Positions 47,939 to 57,699 of a DNA stretch of 64,000 nucleotides are shown here, in pieces (the first letter of the stretch is position 1; each line of letters starts with the position of its first letter). The notes under the pieces were generated by a model. The model did no database searches, was not told the DNA's origin, and saw nothing but the letters and a program-made list of their open reading frames with translations. The position numbers were made by a program, and so were the translations under genes. The DNA is from an uncultured bacterium (lineage in GTDB: Bacteria > Babelota > Babeliae > Babelales > Babelaceae), in the NCBI GenBank assembly GCA_963713855.1, contig OY970209.1, positions 1,312,001-1,376,000 on the forward strand. Direction: 5' to 3'.

Positions 47939-49726
47939 ATGATTCAAGTAAAAGATGCGTGCCTGGCGTTCGGACAGACCACACTATTTGATGCTCTTTC
48001 GTGCACTTTTAGGCCAGAACATCGCGTTGGAGTTATAGGAAGAAATGGCGCCGGAAAATCAACATTTCTTAAAACTCTAGCAGGACTTATCCCGCTTGAC
48101 AGCGGCACGATAAGCAAAAGTTCAAACATGCGTGTAGCGTATATGCCCCAGGAAATAGTGCTTCTTTCTCCAAAGACTGCTTTTGAAGAAACTTATCATA
48201 CTCTTCTTTCCGATGCGTCCGCGGATACGATGAGTGATATAGCCCGCGCACAAGCACGTGCAGAAAAGGTACTTAAGGGCCTTGGCTTTACGCCCACTAT
48301 TTGGGAAAAACAGATTTCGCAACTGAGCGTTGGCTGGAGAATGCGTGTCGTTATGGCTAAGCTTTTACTGGCTGACGCCCATTTCTATCTCTTTGATGAG
48401 CCCACAAACCATTTAGACATGGTCAGCAAGGAATGGTTTTTAGACTATATCAAAAAGTCCCATTTCGGGTTCTTATTTGTGACCCATGAACGCTATTACC
48501 TAGAAAAAGTGTGTGATCACATTTTTGAAATTGAGCGGGCAAATGGTCGTCTTTTTACGGGAAATTTTAGTGCCTTTCTTGACCAAAAACAACAAGAGGC
48601 GGCATTAAAACTAGCCGCTTACAACCGCCAGAAAAAAGAAATTTCGCAAAAAGAAGCAACAATTAACAGGTTTAGAGCAAGTGCGAATAAGGCAAAGATG
48701 GCTCAAAGCATGATAAAACAGCTGGAGCGTATTGAGCTCATCGAACTAGACCCAGTACCACCTAATATGAGCTTTAGTTTTAGGCCTGTCACACGTCCTG
48801 GAACAGTGGTACTTGCTTTCAAAGATCTTATGCAAAACTTTAATGGCATTACTCTTTTTAAACGCATTTCCGGACAGATAGAGCGGGGAGAAAAAGTGGC
48901 TCTTGTAGGAGCAAACGGTACAGGTAAAACAACCTTATTTAATTTGTTAGTCGGTAAATATGCTTCTCCCAAAGGTAATGTAGAATTTGGCCATAATGTA
49001 ACTTATGCCTTATTCGAGCAAGATCAACTAGCCGCCCTTGATGAAAATAAAACAATTTACGAGACGGTGGTTGAAGCAACTCCGGACGTTACCGAGGCTA
49101 TCATTCGTTCTTTTTTAGGTGCTTTTCTTTTTAGCGGTGAGACTATACACAAAAAGATACACATGCTTAGTGGGGGTGAACGTTGCCGAGTAGCTCTTGT
49201 CAAAGTACTGCTTCAAGCTAGTAATATGCTTCTTCTTGATGAGCCAACTAACCATCTTGATATGTATGCAAAAGAAGTGCTCTTGCAAGCCCTGCAGCAA
49301 TATACAGGCACCATTTTTATCGTCTCGCACGATCACGATTTTTTGCAACGCCTTGTTGGCCGCATCGTGGAAATTACGCCCGATGCCCTTTTTAGCTACC
49401 CAGGCACCTATGAAGCCTACCTTGAGCGGAAAAAGGAAGATCCACTTGAAGCTCAGCCAAAAGCTACTGCTGAGCAGCGTAGTAAGCAAAATCCGCGCGA
49501 AGATGATCGAAAAGTTCTTCTTAAAGAGCAAATGCAACTTGAGCGAAAAATAAATGACTTAGAGGTAAAAATCCCTCAGCTTCATGCATCTCTCTTTAAA
49601 CTGACGTATGGAACTCCTGAATTCATCCAAAAAGCTACCACAGCTGAGACATTTGAAAAAGACTTGAAGGTCGCTCAAGAGCGCTGGCAAACGGTAACAG
49701 ACAACTTACAAAAATCAAAAAAATAA
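47939..49726 (+). CDS. ABC-F family ATP-binding protein
   Basis: Two ABC domains ('GRNGAGKST', 'LSVGW', 'DEPTNHLD'; 'GANGTGKT', 'LSGGE', 'DEPTNHLD'), no TM segments, C-terminal coiled coil. Confidence 0.93.
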   Translation: MIQVKDACLAFGQTTLFDALSCTFRPEHRVGVIGRNGAGKSTFLKTLAGLIPLDSGTISKSSNMRVAYMPQEIVLLSPKTAFEETYHTLLSDASADTMSDIARAQARAEKVLKGLGFTPTIWEKQISQLSVGWRMRVVMAKLLLADAHFYLFDEPTNHLDMVSKEWFLDYIKKSHFGFLFVTHERYYLEKVCDHIFEIERANGRLFTGNFSAFLDQKQQEAALKLAAYNRQKKEISQKEATINRFRASANKAKMAQSMIKQLERIELIELDPVPPNMSFSFRPVTRPGTVVLAFKDLMQNFNGITLFKRISGQIERGEKVALVGANGTGKTTLFNLLVGKYASPKGNVEFGHNVTYALFEQDQLAALDENKTIYETVVEATPDVTEAIIRSFLGAFLFSGETIHKKIHMLSGGERCRVALVKVLLQASNMLLLDEPTNHLDMYAKEVLLQALQQYTGTIFIVSHDHDFLQRLVGRIVEITPDALFSYPGTYEAYLERKKEDPLEAQPKATAEQRSKQNPREDDRKVLLKEQMQLERKINDLEVKIPQLHASLFKLTYGTPEFIQKATTAETFEKDLKVAQERWQTVTDNLQKSKK

Positions 49727-49803
49727 TTGGTTCCTAGAAATAGTAAAGATGAATGCACATTTTTATATCTTTATGGTATTCTAAAAAAGCAACATATTAA
49801 AAA

Positions 49804-50166
49804 ATGACTATCATGTTAAAACAATCGTATATATTATTATTTATAACGCTTTTAGCGCCTCTTTTAGGTTTGGGCATGGAATCGAACCAAGAATCGGAGG
49901 CTGAAGAGATATGCCTCATATGCCTCGATCTTGCTCCAGAACGTAATGATTCAGATTTTTACAGAACAAAATGCTGTGAATTAATTTTTCATACTAAATG
50001 TATTGAAAAATGGCTTTCTATAAAACCAAGGTGCCCTCACTGCCAAAGTGAGATTCCAAAAAGCCTTTTTAGAAAAATTATTGGTTATATAGTAGCATCG
50101 CTCTCTACTGAAGAAGACCATGACCTTGCTACAAATCACGTCTTACTCAGCCTTCGCCTTAACTAG
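49804..50166 (+). CDS. Secreted RING-H2-like finger protein (putative E3 ubiquitin ligase)
   Basis: Leader ending 'GLGMES'; 'CLICLD...CCELIFHTKCIEKWL...CPHC'. Confidence 0.8.
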   Translation: MTIMLKQSYILLFITLLAPLLGLGMESNQESEAEEICLICLDLAPERNDSDFYRTKCCELIFHTKCIEKWLSIKPRCPHCQSEIPKSLFRKIIGYIVASLSTEEDHDLATNHVLLSLRLN

Positions 50167-50176
50167 CTTTTTACTG

Positions 50177-50851
50177 ATGAAACAACACATTGATACTTTT
50201 ACAACAGAACTTCTTTTGATACGCCATGGTCAAACCGATTGGAACCTTGAAGACAAAATACAAGGGCAGATTGATATCCCTCTTAACGATCACGGTCATC
50301 GACAGGCACAACTTGTTGCCCAAGCATTAGCAACCCGTGACATTGAGCACGTTTACGCTTCAGACCTTAAAAGAGCCTTAAGCACAGCCAAGGCTATTGG
50401 AACAATCATCCAAAAGCCAATTATATCGATAGCAGGACTCAAAGAGATGCATGCGGGGCAGGCCCAAGGGCTTACTGAGTCTCAACGGGATGCGCTCTAT
50501 CGTGAGTGGAGACAATGGCTTACAAAGCTTCCTTTTAAAGAAAGGGCGCACCACCCCGAGTGGCCGCAAGGAGAATCCAAGAACCAGGTCTTTTATCGAG
50601 CCCATAAAAGCCTTATTGACATCGCTCACAAGCACCCGCATGCTCGCGTTGCGGTCGTAACTCATTCAGGCGTTATACATACGCTTATAGGTACTCTTGG
50701 CCACGAAGAAGTTGCCGTGCCTAATTGTAGTGTCGCCTCTTTTTCTTATCATTTTTCTCCAAAAGACGCTTTTTTAAGCTTTAATGGGGTTACCCTCTTA
50801 TTAGAAAGTCAGGTAACTGGAAAACAAGAAAAAACGCAACCACAGCTCTAA
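50177..50851 (+). CDS. Histidine phosphatase family protein (GpmB/CobC-like)
   Basis: 'LIRHGQTDWN', 'SDLKRA..TA', 'GES', 'VTHSG'; the start at ATG 50177 avoids overlap with the RING gene (the track starts at 50120). Confidence 0.9.
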   Translation: MKQHIDTFTTELLLIRHGQTDWNLEDKIQGQIDIPLNDHGHRQAQLVAQALATRDIEHVYASDLKRALSTAKAIGTIIQKPIISIAGLKEMHAGQAQGLTESQRDALYREWRQWLTKLPFKERAHHPEWPQGESKNQVFYRAHKSLIDIAHKHPHARVAVVTHSGVIHTLIGTLGHEEVAVPNCSVASFSYHFSPKDAFLSFNGVTLLLESQVTGKQEKTQPQL

Positions 50852-50934
50852 GAAGGACTTTGGCTTAGATCGGTTTTATGATACACTAACACTTATTGCT
50901 TCAAGCTCCTATTTATGAACAAAGAGGTATTACT

Positions 50935-51135
50935 ATGAAACCAGATATACACCCTGAAAGCTTTGAGGTGCTTGCGCATTGTGCTTGTGGCAATGAATTT
51001 TCAACACGTTCCACAAAGCGCGAGCTGCGTGTCACGCTCTGCTCAAAGTGCCACCCTTACTTTACCGGTGCTCAGAAATTCGTCGATACGGAAGGCCGTA
51101 TTGAGAAATTTAAGAAGAAATATAAAAACCAATGA
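50935..51135 (+). CDS. rpmE: 50S ribosomal protein L31 (Zn-binding type A)
   Basis: [37 protein letters not shown]. Confidence 0.96.
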   Translation: MKPDIHPESFEVLAHCACGNEFSTRSTKRELRVTLCSKCHPYFTGAQKFVDTEGRIEKFKKKYKNQ

Positions 51136-52241
51136 GTCTAACGGGTATTGATTGGCCCGCTCTTAAAAATCGGCATCACGAGCTTGGGCAGCTTTTAAGC
51201 GCTCCAGTCATAGAAAGCTCAAAAAGAGCCGCGTGGCAAAAAGAATTTGCTCACCTTACACACTTACTCGAAAAGCATAATGAGCTTCTTGAACTCGAGC
51301 GTGAGACCGCTTCTATTGAGACACAGCTTTGCGAAAATAAAGATGCTGAGTTCCGACTTCTTTTAGAGGAAGAGCGTGCGACACTAAAAGAACGCATTAA
51401 ATCGGTCACTCTTTCATTGGAAGACATTCTCTTCCCCCCTGATGAGCGCGACAATTTGTCAGTATTTTTGGAAATCCGCGCCGGTGCTGGTGGCCAAGAA
51501 GCAGCTCTTTTTGCTGCAGATCTTATGCGCATGTATACCATGTACGCGGTGCGTAAGGGCTGGAAAGCAGCATTAGCTAGCGAAAGCTCAACTGACCTTG
51601 GGGGCTATCGCGAGGTGGTGCTCCACATCGAGGGCAAAGGCGTTTTTGGGCACTTAAAATTTGAGTCTGGTGTTCATCGCGTTCAGCGAGTGCCATCAAC
51701 AGAGACCTCAGGTAGAATACATACCTCAACTGCAACGGTAGCCGTGCTTCCCGAGATGGAAGAAATGGCAAGCATCGAAATCAACCCCGCCGATTTACGC
51801 ATCGACACTTACCGCGCAGGGGGGGCTGGGGGCCAGCACGTCAATAAGACCGACTCTGCCGTGCGTATTACACATATTCCAAGCGGCGTTGTGGTGTCCT
51901 GTCAGGAAGATCGCTCACAGCACAAAAATAAAGCCAAGGCCATGAAAATGCTCCAAGCGCGGCTTGCTGCAGCACAACTTGAAAAACATGAAGCCGAAAT
52001 CAGCCAAAAGCGCCGTGAACAGGTAGGTGGAGGTGGCCGCGCAGAAAAAGCACGCACATACAACTTCCCTCAAAACCGCGTTACCGACCACCAAGTTGAA
52101 GTAACTCTTAATAAGCTCGATATGGTCATGGAAGGGGACATAGACGATATCATCGAACCGTTACGTCAAAAAGAACACCGTGAGCGTCGAGAAAGTGCCG
52201 CACAAGCCACATTAAGTACCTTCCAGTCAAAAAAGGAATAG
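51132..52241 (+). CDS. prfA: Peptide chain release factor 1
   Basis: '[11 protein letters not shown]', '[14 protein letters not shown]' (PxT), 'GGQHVN', '[13 protein letters not shown]'. Confidence 0.97.
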   Translation: MSLTGIDWPALKNRHHELGQLLSAPVIESSKRAAWQKEFAHLTHLLEKHNELLELERETASIETQLCENKDAEFRLLLEEERATLKERIKSVTLSLEDILFPPDERDNLSVFLEIRAGAGGQEAALFAADLMRMYTMYAVRKGWKAALASESSTDLGGYREVVLHIEGKGVFGHLKFESGVHRVQRVPSTETSGRIHTSTATVAVLPEMEEMASIEINPADLRIDTYRAGGAGGQHVNKTDSAVRITHIPSGVVVSCQEDRSQHKNKAKAMKMLQARLAAAQLEKHEAEISQKRREQVGGGGRAEKARTYNFPQNRVTDHQVEVTLNKLDMVMEGDIDDIIEPLRQKEHRERRESAAQATLSTFQSKKE

Positions 52242-52243
52242 CA

Positions 52244-53509
52244 ATGATTCAGTATTTTTTAGAGCACAACCGGTACCTGAACCTTATTGGCATTGTTCTC
52301 ATATTAGCCCTCGCATATCTTGTATCAGCGCGCCGACAAGCTATTAATAAAAAGCTGGTTTTTAATGCACTTTTTCTGCAAGCTGTTCTCGGTTTTTTAA
52401 CACTCAAGGTTTTTTGGGGTCAAGCTATTATAAGAGGCTTAGCGTCTGGTATTACAAATCTTTATGAATATGCTGAAGAGGGTGCACGTTTTGTTTTTGG
52501 CTCACTTTCAAGCGTCCAGCAACCTTGGGGATTTATTTTTGCGTTCAGGGTTTTACCCATCATTATTTTCTTTAGCGCTTTGATTGCGTTATTATTCCAC
52601 TATAATATAATCCAAAGAGTTACTGCTCCTCTTACCAAGGGACTTTATTATCTCTTGGGAACATCCGCAGCTGAAACACTTTGCGCTGTCGCTAACAGTT
52701 TTTTGGGGCAGACAGAAGCTCCGTTACTAATAACAAGGTATCTTTCAAGCATGACAAAGTCTGAAATTCTTACGGTCATGGTAAGCGGTATGGGTAGCCT
52801 TAGCGGACCGTTATTCGCTGTGTACGCTGCAATGGGCGTATCGGTCACCTATCTTTTAAGCGCAAGCATTATGGCTATACCGTCAACCATACTCATCTCA
52901 AAAATACTCATGCCTGAAACCGAAGAACCAAAAACCCTTAATGGCCTATCAACACAAAAAAGCCAAGATGAAGGTAGTCTTTTTGACGCCCTTGCTACAG
53001 GTACCTCTGATGGATTAAAATTGGCCTTGGCAGTAGCGGCCATGCTTATAGCTTTTATTGCTCTTATTGCAGGAGTAAACGGCCTTTTGGGTGGCTTATC
53101 AAATGCACTCACCTGGCTCGCTTCACTTTTTGGAGCTTCAATACACCTTCCTCAGCTAACATTACAAACCATCTTTGGGTATCTTTTTGCGCCCCTTGGT
53201 TGGATTCTAGGGCTATCTGGAAGCGAAATAACCCGGGCTGGAGAGCTTCTAGGTCTCAAGCTTACGGTTAATGAGCTTGTAGCTTACGCTGCAATGGTTT
53301 CACACCCACTTTCCGCACGAGCAACGGCTTTGTTAACCTTTGCGCTTGCGGGCTTTGCAAACCTTTCTTCTATAGGCATTCAGGTGGCAGGTATCGGTTG
53401 TCTAGCTCCTAACAAACAAAAAATATTAAGTTCACTCGGTTTTCGCGCCGTATTAGGTGGATCTCTGTCAAACCTCCTATCAGCCTGCATCGCTGGATTA
53501 TTTTTATAA
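52244..53509 (+). CDS. nupC: Concentrative nucleoside transporter (NupC/CNT family)
   Basis: 'FAFRVLPIIIFFSAL', 'NSFLGQTEAPL', 'KLTVNELVAY', 'FALAGFANLSSIGIQ'. Confidence 0.92.
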   Translation: MIQYFLEHNRYLNLIGIVLILALAYLVSARRQAINKKLVFNALFLQAVLGFLTLKVFWGQAIIRGLASGITNLYEYAEEGARFVFGSLSSVQQPWGFIFAFRVLPIIIFFSALIALLFHYNIIQRVTAPLTKGLYYLLGTSAAETLCAVANSFLGQTEAPLLITRYLSSMTKSEILTVMVSGMGSLSGPLFAVYAAMGVSVTYLLSASIMAIPSTILISKILMPETEEPKTLNGLSTQKSQDEGSLFDALATGTSDGLKLALAVAAMLIAFIALIAGVNGLLGGLSNALTWLASLFGASIHLPQLTLQTIFGYLFAPLGWILGLSGSEITRAGELLGLKLTVNELVAYAAMVSHPLSARATALLTFALAGFANLSSIGIQVAGIGCLAPNKQKILSSLGFRAVLGGSLSNLLSACIAGLFL

Positions 53510-53626
53510 GTAGCAAAAGTTTATCCTATCCCTATTCTTATCAATAATCTTTTGAAAAATTGTAAGTATTGAAATAATAAGCTTTTTTAATATATGATAC
53601 TAATAGTAATATTGGGAGATAGTAAA

Positions 53627-53890
53627 ATGATTCTAAAACTTTGCAATATGATGGCACTTACCATGATGTTTTCTTTAGCAGCAGCACCTCAACCTGATCT
53701 GCAAGAAGCACCCGTCCCATGTACCTACAAAGCTAGTCCGTGCACAGAGCTTTATGGAAAGTGTACATTGACAGCTGATTGTTCAAAAAACTCCTACCAC
53801 CCTGGTCTAAAGACGGGTGATACGCATGAAGGCGTCTGTCTTCAAAAAGGTCGTCATGATGCTGAGCTTGTATGCAAAGATCTAATATAA
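53627..53890 (+). CDS. Small secreted Cys-rich protein
   Basis: GGGAG RBS before ATG 53627; signal peptide; six Cys in the mature part. Confidence 0.6.
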   Translation: MILKLCNMMALTMMFSLAAAPQPDLQEAPVPCTYKASPCTELYGKCTLTADCSKNSYHPGLKTGDTHEGVCLQKGRHDAELVCKDLI

Positions 53891-53901
53891 AGGGAGAAAT
53901 T

Positions 53902-54093
53902 ATGGCACGTTATGGTAAAGAAGCAAAAGAAAAAGTAAAAAGAGCTATGAAAGAGTATAAAGAAGGAAAATTGGTTAGCGGAAAGAGTGGTAAGAAGGTT
54001 GAAAGCCGTGCTCAAGCTATAGCAATAGGACTTTCCGAGGCTCGTCAAGCCGGCGGCAAGGTACCACCTGCCCCTTCGAAAAGCAAGGAATAA
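53902..54093 (+). CDS. Small basic protein (DUF6496-like)
   Basis: 'KVKRAMKEYKEGKL.SGKSGKKV.SRAQAIAIGLSEAR..G.KVP'; GGGAG RBS. Confidence 0.8.
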   Translation: MARYGKEAKEKVKRAMKEYKEGKLVSGKSGKKVESRAQAIAIGLSEARQAGGKVPPAPSKSKE

Positions 54094-54098
54094 ATCGA

Positions 54099-54629
54099 AT
54101 GGCACGTGAACATTTTGTAGAAGAATTTTCGGAAATTTTAGCAAATGATAGTGCCCTTAAACGAAAAGAGGTACCTTCGTTAATCGAAGACTTCAATCGA
54201 AGATCGGATTTACGGTTTGAGGAGTTTCTCATACATGAAAATGTAATAAGTCGTGCCCAGTTATTGGACGCTCTAAGTAAATATTACTCAATGCCTTCGA
54301 TGGATGTTCGTGGTATTTTCTTTGACCACCACTTGGTAAGTATGTTTCCTCAAGATGTTCTTGTTCGCCATGCTTTCATTCCCTATTTTAAAGATGGGGA
54401 TGTACTGGTTGTGGTAACAGCCTCGCCAGACGATGAATTAGATGAAATAATCAATAAATTTGTTTCTTATAGTCCAGATTATTTAGTAGGTTATTTTAGA
54501 GATATTTTGGATAGCGTAGAAGAATATTCAGATGTCGCTTTGACGGATGAACCCCATATGTACGACCAAGATGTACGCGAAGAGAGGGAGGAAGAAAAGC
54601 ATGTTGAAGAATCTGAAGAATTTGGCTAA
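54099..54629 (+). CDS. Stand-alone GspE/PilB N-terminal (MshEN/T2SSE_N-like) domain protein
   Basis: 'RFEEFLIHENVISRAQLLDALSKYYSMP', 'FPQDVLVRHAFIP...LVVVTASP'; no ATPase domain; acidic tail. Confidence 0.65.
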   Translation: MAREHFVEEFSEILANDSALKRKEVPSLIEDFNRRSDLRFEEFLIHENVISRAQLLDALSKYYSMPSMDVRGIFFDHHLVSMFPQDVLVRHAFIPYFKDGDVLVVVTASPDDELDEIINKFVSYSPDYLVGYFRDILDSVEEYSDVALTDEPHMYDQDVREEREEEKHVEESEEFG

Positions 54630-54714
54630 AGCTAGTATTTATTTTTCCTGCTTTGGTTGTTACGTACAATCAAGTATACTTAACCCTGCAACCTCAATTA
54701 ATGAAGGGTTAACA

Positions 54715-55212
54715 ATGCAAAAACTCATTTTAACGAGTCCCTCGTTCGAGTCAAATGGTTATATACCACAGGTTCATGCACATACTCATTTTGGTCCTGG
54801 ATCTCTTAATAAATCTCCCGCTTTTTCATGGAGCCACGCTCCGGAAGGCACCAAGACATTCGCTCTCATTTGCAAAGATCTTGATGCTGTCGGTGGAACC
54901 TTTATTCACTGGGTAATCTATAACATACCGGCAAAACTGTCTAAGATTCCTGAAGGCATAGCACCAACACCGGATGTCCCTTCTCTGGACGGAGCCCAAC
55001 AGGGCAGAAATAGCTACAGACAAATAGGTTATGGTGGACCAAATCCTCCCGTTGGTACTCGTGTTCATCGCTATGTTTTTACTCTCTATGCTTTAGATAA
55101 ACGCTTAGAAAGCCCCCCACAATCTACAACCGCTTCGGAGCTTGAAGGCGCTATGAATGGTCATACACTCGCTAGTGCCGAAGTGACTGGTCGCTTTGCT
55201 GCGCCATCGTAG
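54715..55212 (+). CDS. YbhB/YbcL family (PEBP/RKIP-like) protein
   Basis: 'LTSPSF', 'SPAFSW..AP.GTKTFALIC.DLDA', 'HWVIYNIP', 'GYGGPNPP', 'HRYVFTLYALD'. Confidence 0.92.
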   Translation: MQKLILTSPSFESNGYIPQVHAHTHFGPGSLNKSPAFSWSHAPEGTKTFALICKDLDAVGGTFIHWVIYNIPAKLSKIPEGIAPTPDVPSLDGAQQGRNSYRQIGYGGPNPPVGTRVHRYVFTLYALDKRLESPPQSTTASELEGAMNGHTLASAEVTGRFAAPS

Positions 55213-55215
55213 CAT

Positions 55216-57612
55216 ATGGGCTACATTATCTGGTTTGACAATCTTCAACCCCAAGATTATCAAAAAGTCGGCGGTAAAAATGCCTCGCTCGCTACTTTAT
55301 TTCAACGCATGCGTGACCTTGACATACGAGTGCCCAATGGTTTTGCTATAACTACGGACGTCTTTCTGGAGTTCATGCAAGAAAATGATCTTGATACGAC
55401 ACTCAAAGAAATCTTGGAAAAAATCTCGCTTGACTCACTTAAAGACTTAGAAAAGTGTGAACGTGAGATGCATGCCCATATTATGAGCGCATCAAAACTG
55501 CCCACTACCTTTTACGAGGCTCTATTAAAAGCATATGAAAAACTAAATGTAGATGATGCCGATGTTGCAGTGCGGTCCTCGGCAATTGGTGAAGACTCTG
55601 CTGAGTTTTCATTTGCCGGGCAACAAAAAACATGCCTTGCTATAAAAGGCATCGAACAACTTATTAATGCGTACAAAGAGGTGGTTGCGTCTCTCTTTAC
55701 TGCTCGAGCACTCGCCTATAGGCATCATAACAAAATTCCCATAGCAAATACCGCGATAGCAGTTGTTGTTCAAAAAATGGTCAACAGTACGGTTGCGGGA
55801 ATCGCTTTTTCGCATGATACGAAAACAGGCCTTGAGAGCATGATAACAATTGCATCTTCATTTGGCTTTGGCGAGCTTGTCGTTCAAGGCTTAGTAACGC
55901 CGGACGAATTTTATGTGCATAAGGATCGCCTTAAAGCTGGTTTTACCGGTCTTGCATCCAAAACACTCGGCTCAAAAGAAGAAGAACTCGTAAGAGCAAA
56001 TGGTGAACTAGTGCGTACACTCGTAGGTACCGAAAGACAGGCACAATTCTCACTATCTGACAATCAAATACTTGAAATTGCTCGCGCCGTCATTGCAATC
56101 GAAGAATGGCAGCACCAAAAATGCTCAGGCGCTGTCGATATTGAATGGACGTATGACGATGCCCACCTTTATATACTTCAAGCGCGGCCTGAAACGGCCC
56201 ACCGCAAAAAGAGCCACCAGCGCACCGTCTATAAAGCGCTCGAGACTATCAAAGTACCCCTTTTAAAAGGACAGGGCATAGGAAGCCTTATTACAAGTAA
56301 TAGTGTACAGGTGCTTAATGATAGAGCTGAAGCTTGCGATTTTAAAAAGGGATCTATCTTGGTAACAAGCATGACTGACCCTGATTGGATGCCCCTTTTA
56401 AGAAAGGCCGGTGGCTTAATCACCGACCGAGGTGGACGCACCTGTCATGCGGCTATTGTAAGCAGAGAGCTTGGTATTCCAGCAATCGTCGGAACGCAAA
56501 ATGCGACAACGTGCTTAAAAACGGATGATATCGTTACACTTGATTGTAGCAAGGGGTCAGAAGGCTATGTCTACGCTGGAAAGATCCCTTACGAAACTAC
56601 CGTACTTGAAAACAGTTCTTTAAGATGCCAGCTTCCCGTCAAACTTATGATAAATTGCGCCGATCCTTCCCAGGCACTCCAACTTTCACTTCTTCCCGTT
56701 GACGGTGTTGGTCTTGCGCGTCTTGAATTTATTATTGCATCGCTTATTGGCATACATCCTCTTGCTATTCTGAAACATAAGACTCTTTCGAGTGAAATAA
56801 AAAACCGTATCACCAAAAAAGCGCGCGCGTATGCGAGCGTAGAAGAATTTTTTATCAATACGCTTTCAGAAAGCGTCGGTATGCTTGCCGCCGCCTTTTA
56901 CCCTCGACCAGTTATAGTACGGCTCACCGATTTTAAAACGAATGAATACAAGGACCTTTTGGGTGGTACATACTTTGAGCCCTTTGAAGAAAATCCGATG
57001 CTTGGCTTTAGGGGAGCATCACGCTATATAAGTCCAAGCTACCGCGAGGCCTTTGCGCTTGAGTGCAAAGCTTTAAAAAAAGTCCGCGAGGAAAAGGGGT
57101 TTAATAACATCATTATCATGATTCCTTTTGTAAGAACGGTGCGAGAAGCGGTACTCGTGCTAGCGGAGCTTGAAAAAAATGGCTTAAAGCGAGGAGAATC
57201 CGGACTTGAGATCTATATGATGGTCGAAGTTCCATCTAATGTTCTTCTCATTGACACACTTTCTGAGCTTTTTGATGGATTTTCCATCGGGTCGAACGAT
57301 CTTACTCAATTGACGCTCGGTATTGACAGAGACTCGGGAATTTTAGCATCACAGTTTGATGAGCGAGATGAGGCCGTACAAAAAATGCTCTTGCTAGCAA
57401 TTGAAGGCGCTCAAAAAGCAGGAAAACCGATTGGTATTTGCGGTCAAGCACCCTCGGACTTTCCGGAGATTGCACGCTCTTTAATAAAACTTGGCATTAC
57501 GTCCCTCTCACTTAACCCGGACACGGTATTCCCCTTTCTTGACGAGCAAGGCGGTCTTGGATCCGAGAAGCCATCTTCTGAAAGTAGTGACTTAATGTCC
57601 GAGATCGGTTAG
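55216..57612 (+). CDS. ppsA: Phosphoenolpyruvate synthase
   Basis: 'VGGKNASL', 'VAVRSSA..ED', 'QARPET', 'GGRTCHAAIVSRE', 'EENPMLGFRGASRY', 'GFSIGSNDLTQ', 'GICGQAPSD'. Confidence 0.96.
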   Translation: MGYIIWFDNLQPQDYQKVGGKNASLATLFQRMRDLDIRVPNGFAITTDVFLEFMQENDLDTTLKEILEKISLDSLKDLEKCEREMHAHIMSASKLPTTFYEALLKAYEKLNVDDADVAVRSSAIGEDSAEFSFAGQQKTCLAIKGIEQLINAYKEVVASLFTARALAYRHHNKIPIANTAIAVVVQKMVNSTVAGIAFSHDTKTGLESMITIASSFGFGELVVQGLVTPDEFYVHKDRLKAGFTGLASKTLGSKEEELVRANGELVRTLVGTERQAQFSLSDNQILEIARAVIAIEEWQHQKCSGAVDIEWTYDDAHLYILQARPETAHRKKSHQRTVYKALETIKVPLLKGQGIGSLITSNSVQVLNDRAEACDFKKGSILVTSMTDPDWMPLLRKAGGLITDRGGRTCHAAIVSRELGIPAIVGTQNATTCLKTDDIVTLDCSKGSEGYVYAGKIPYETTVLENSSLRCQLPVKLMINCADPSQALQLSLLPVDGVGLARLEFIIASLIGIHPLAILKHKTLSSEIKNRITKKARAYASVEEFFINTLSESVGMLAAAFYPRPVIVRLTDFKTNEYKDLLGGTYFEPFEENPMLGFRGASRYISPSYREAFALECKALKKVREEKGFNNIIIMIPFVRTVREAVLVLAELEKNGLKRGESGLEIYMMVEVPSNVLLIDTLSELFDGFSIGSNDLTQLTLGIDRDSGILASQFDERDEAVQKMLLLAIEGAQKAGKPIGICGQAPSDFPEIARSLIKLGITSLSLNPDTVFPFLDEQGGLGSEKPSSESSDLMSEIG

Positions 57613-57688
57613 GCGCATCCCATACAGCCCATACAAATGCGCATGACAGTAAAGTTGAGCAAAAAAAGAGCAGCTTTAGCTTTTTCAT
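57512..57688 (-). CDS. Small signal-peptide ORF (58 aa; absent from the ORF track), overlapping the ppsA 3' end
   Basis: AAAGGA RBS; MKKLKLLFFCSTLLSCAFVWAVWDAPNRSRTLSHYFQKMASRIQDRLARQERGIPCPG*. Confidence 0.45.
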   Translation of the reverse strand: MKKLKLLFFCSTLLSCAFVWAVWDAPNRSRTLSHYFQKMASRIQDRLARQERGIPCPG

Positions 57689-57699
57689 GGGTCTTTCCT

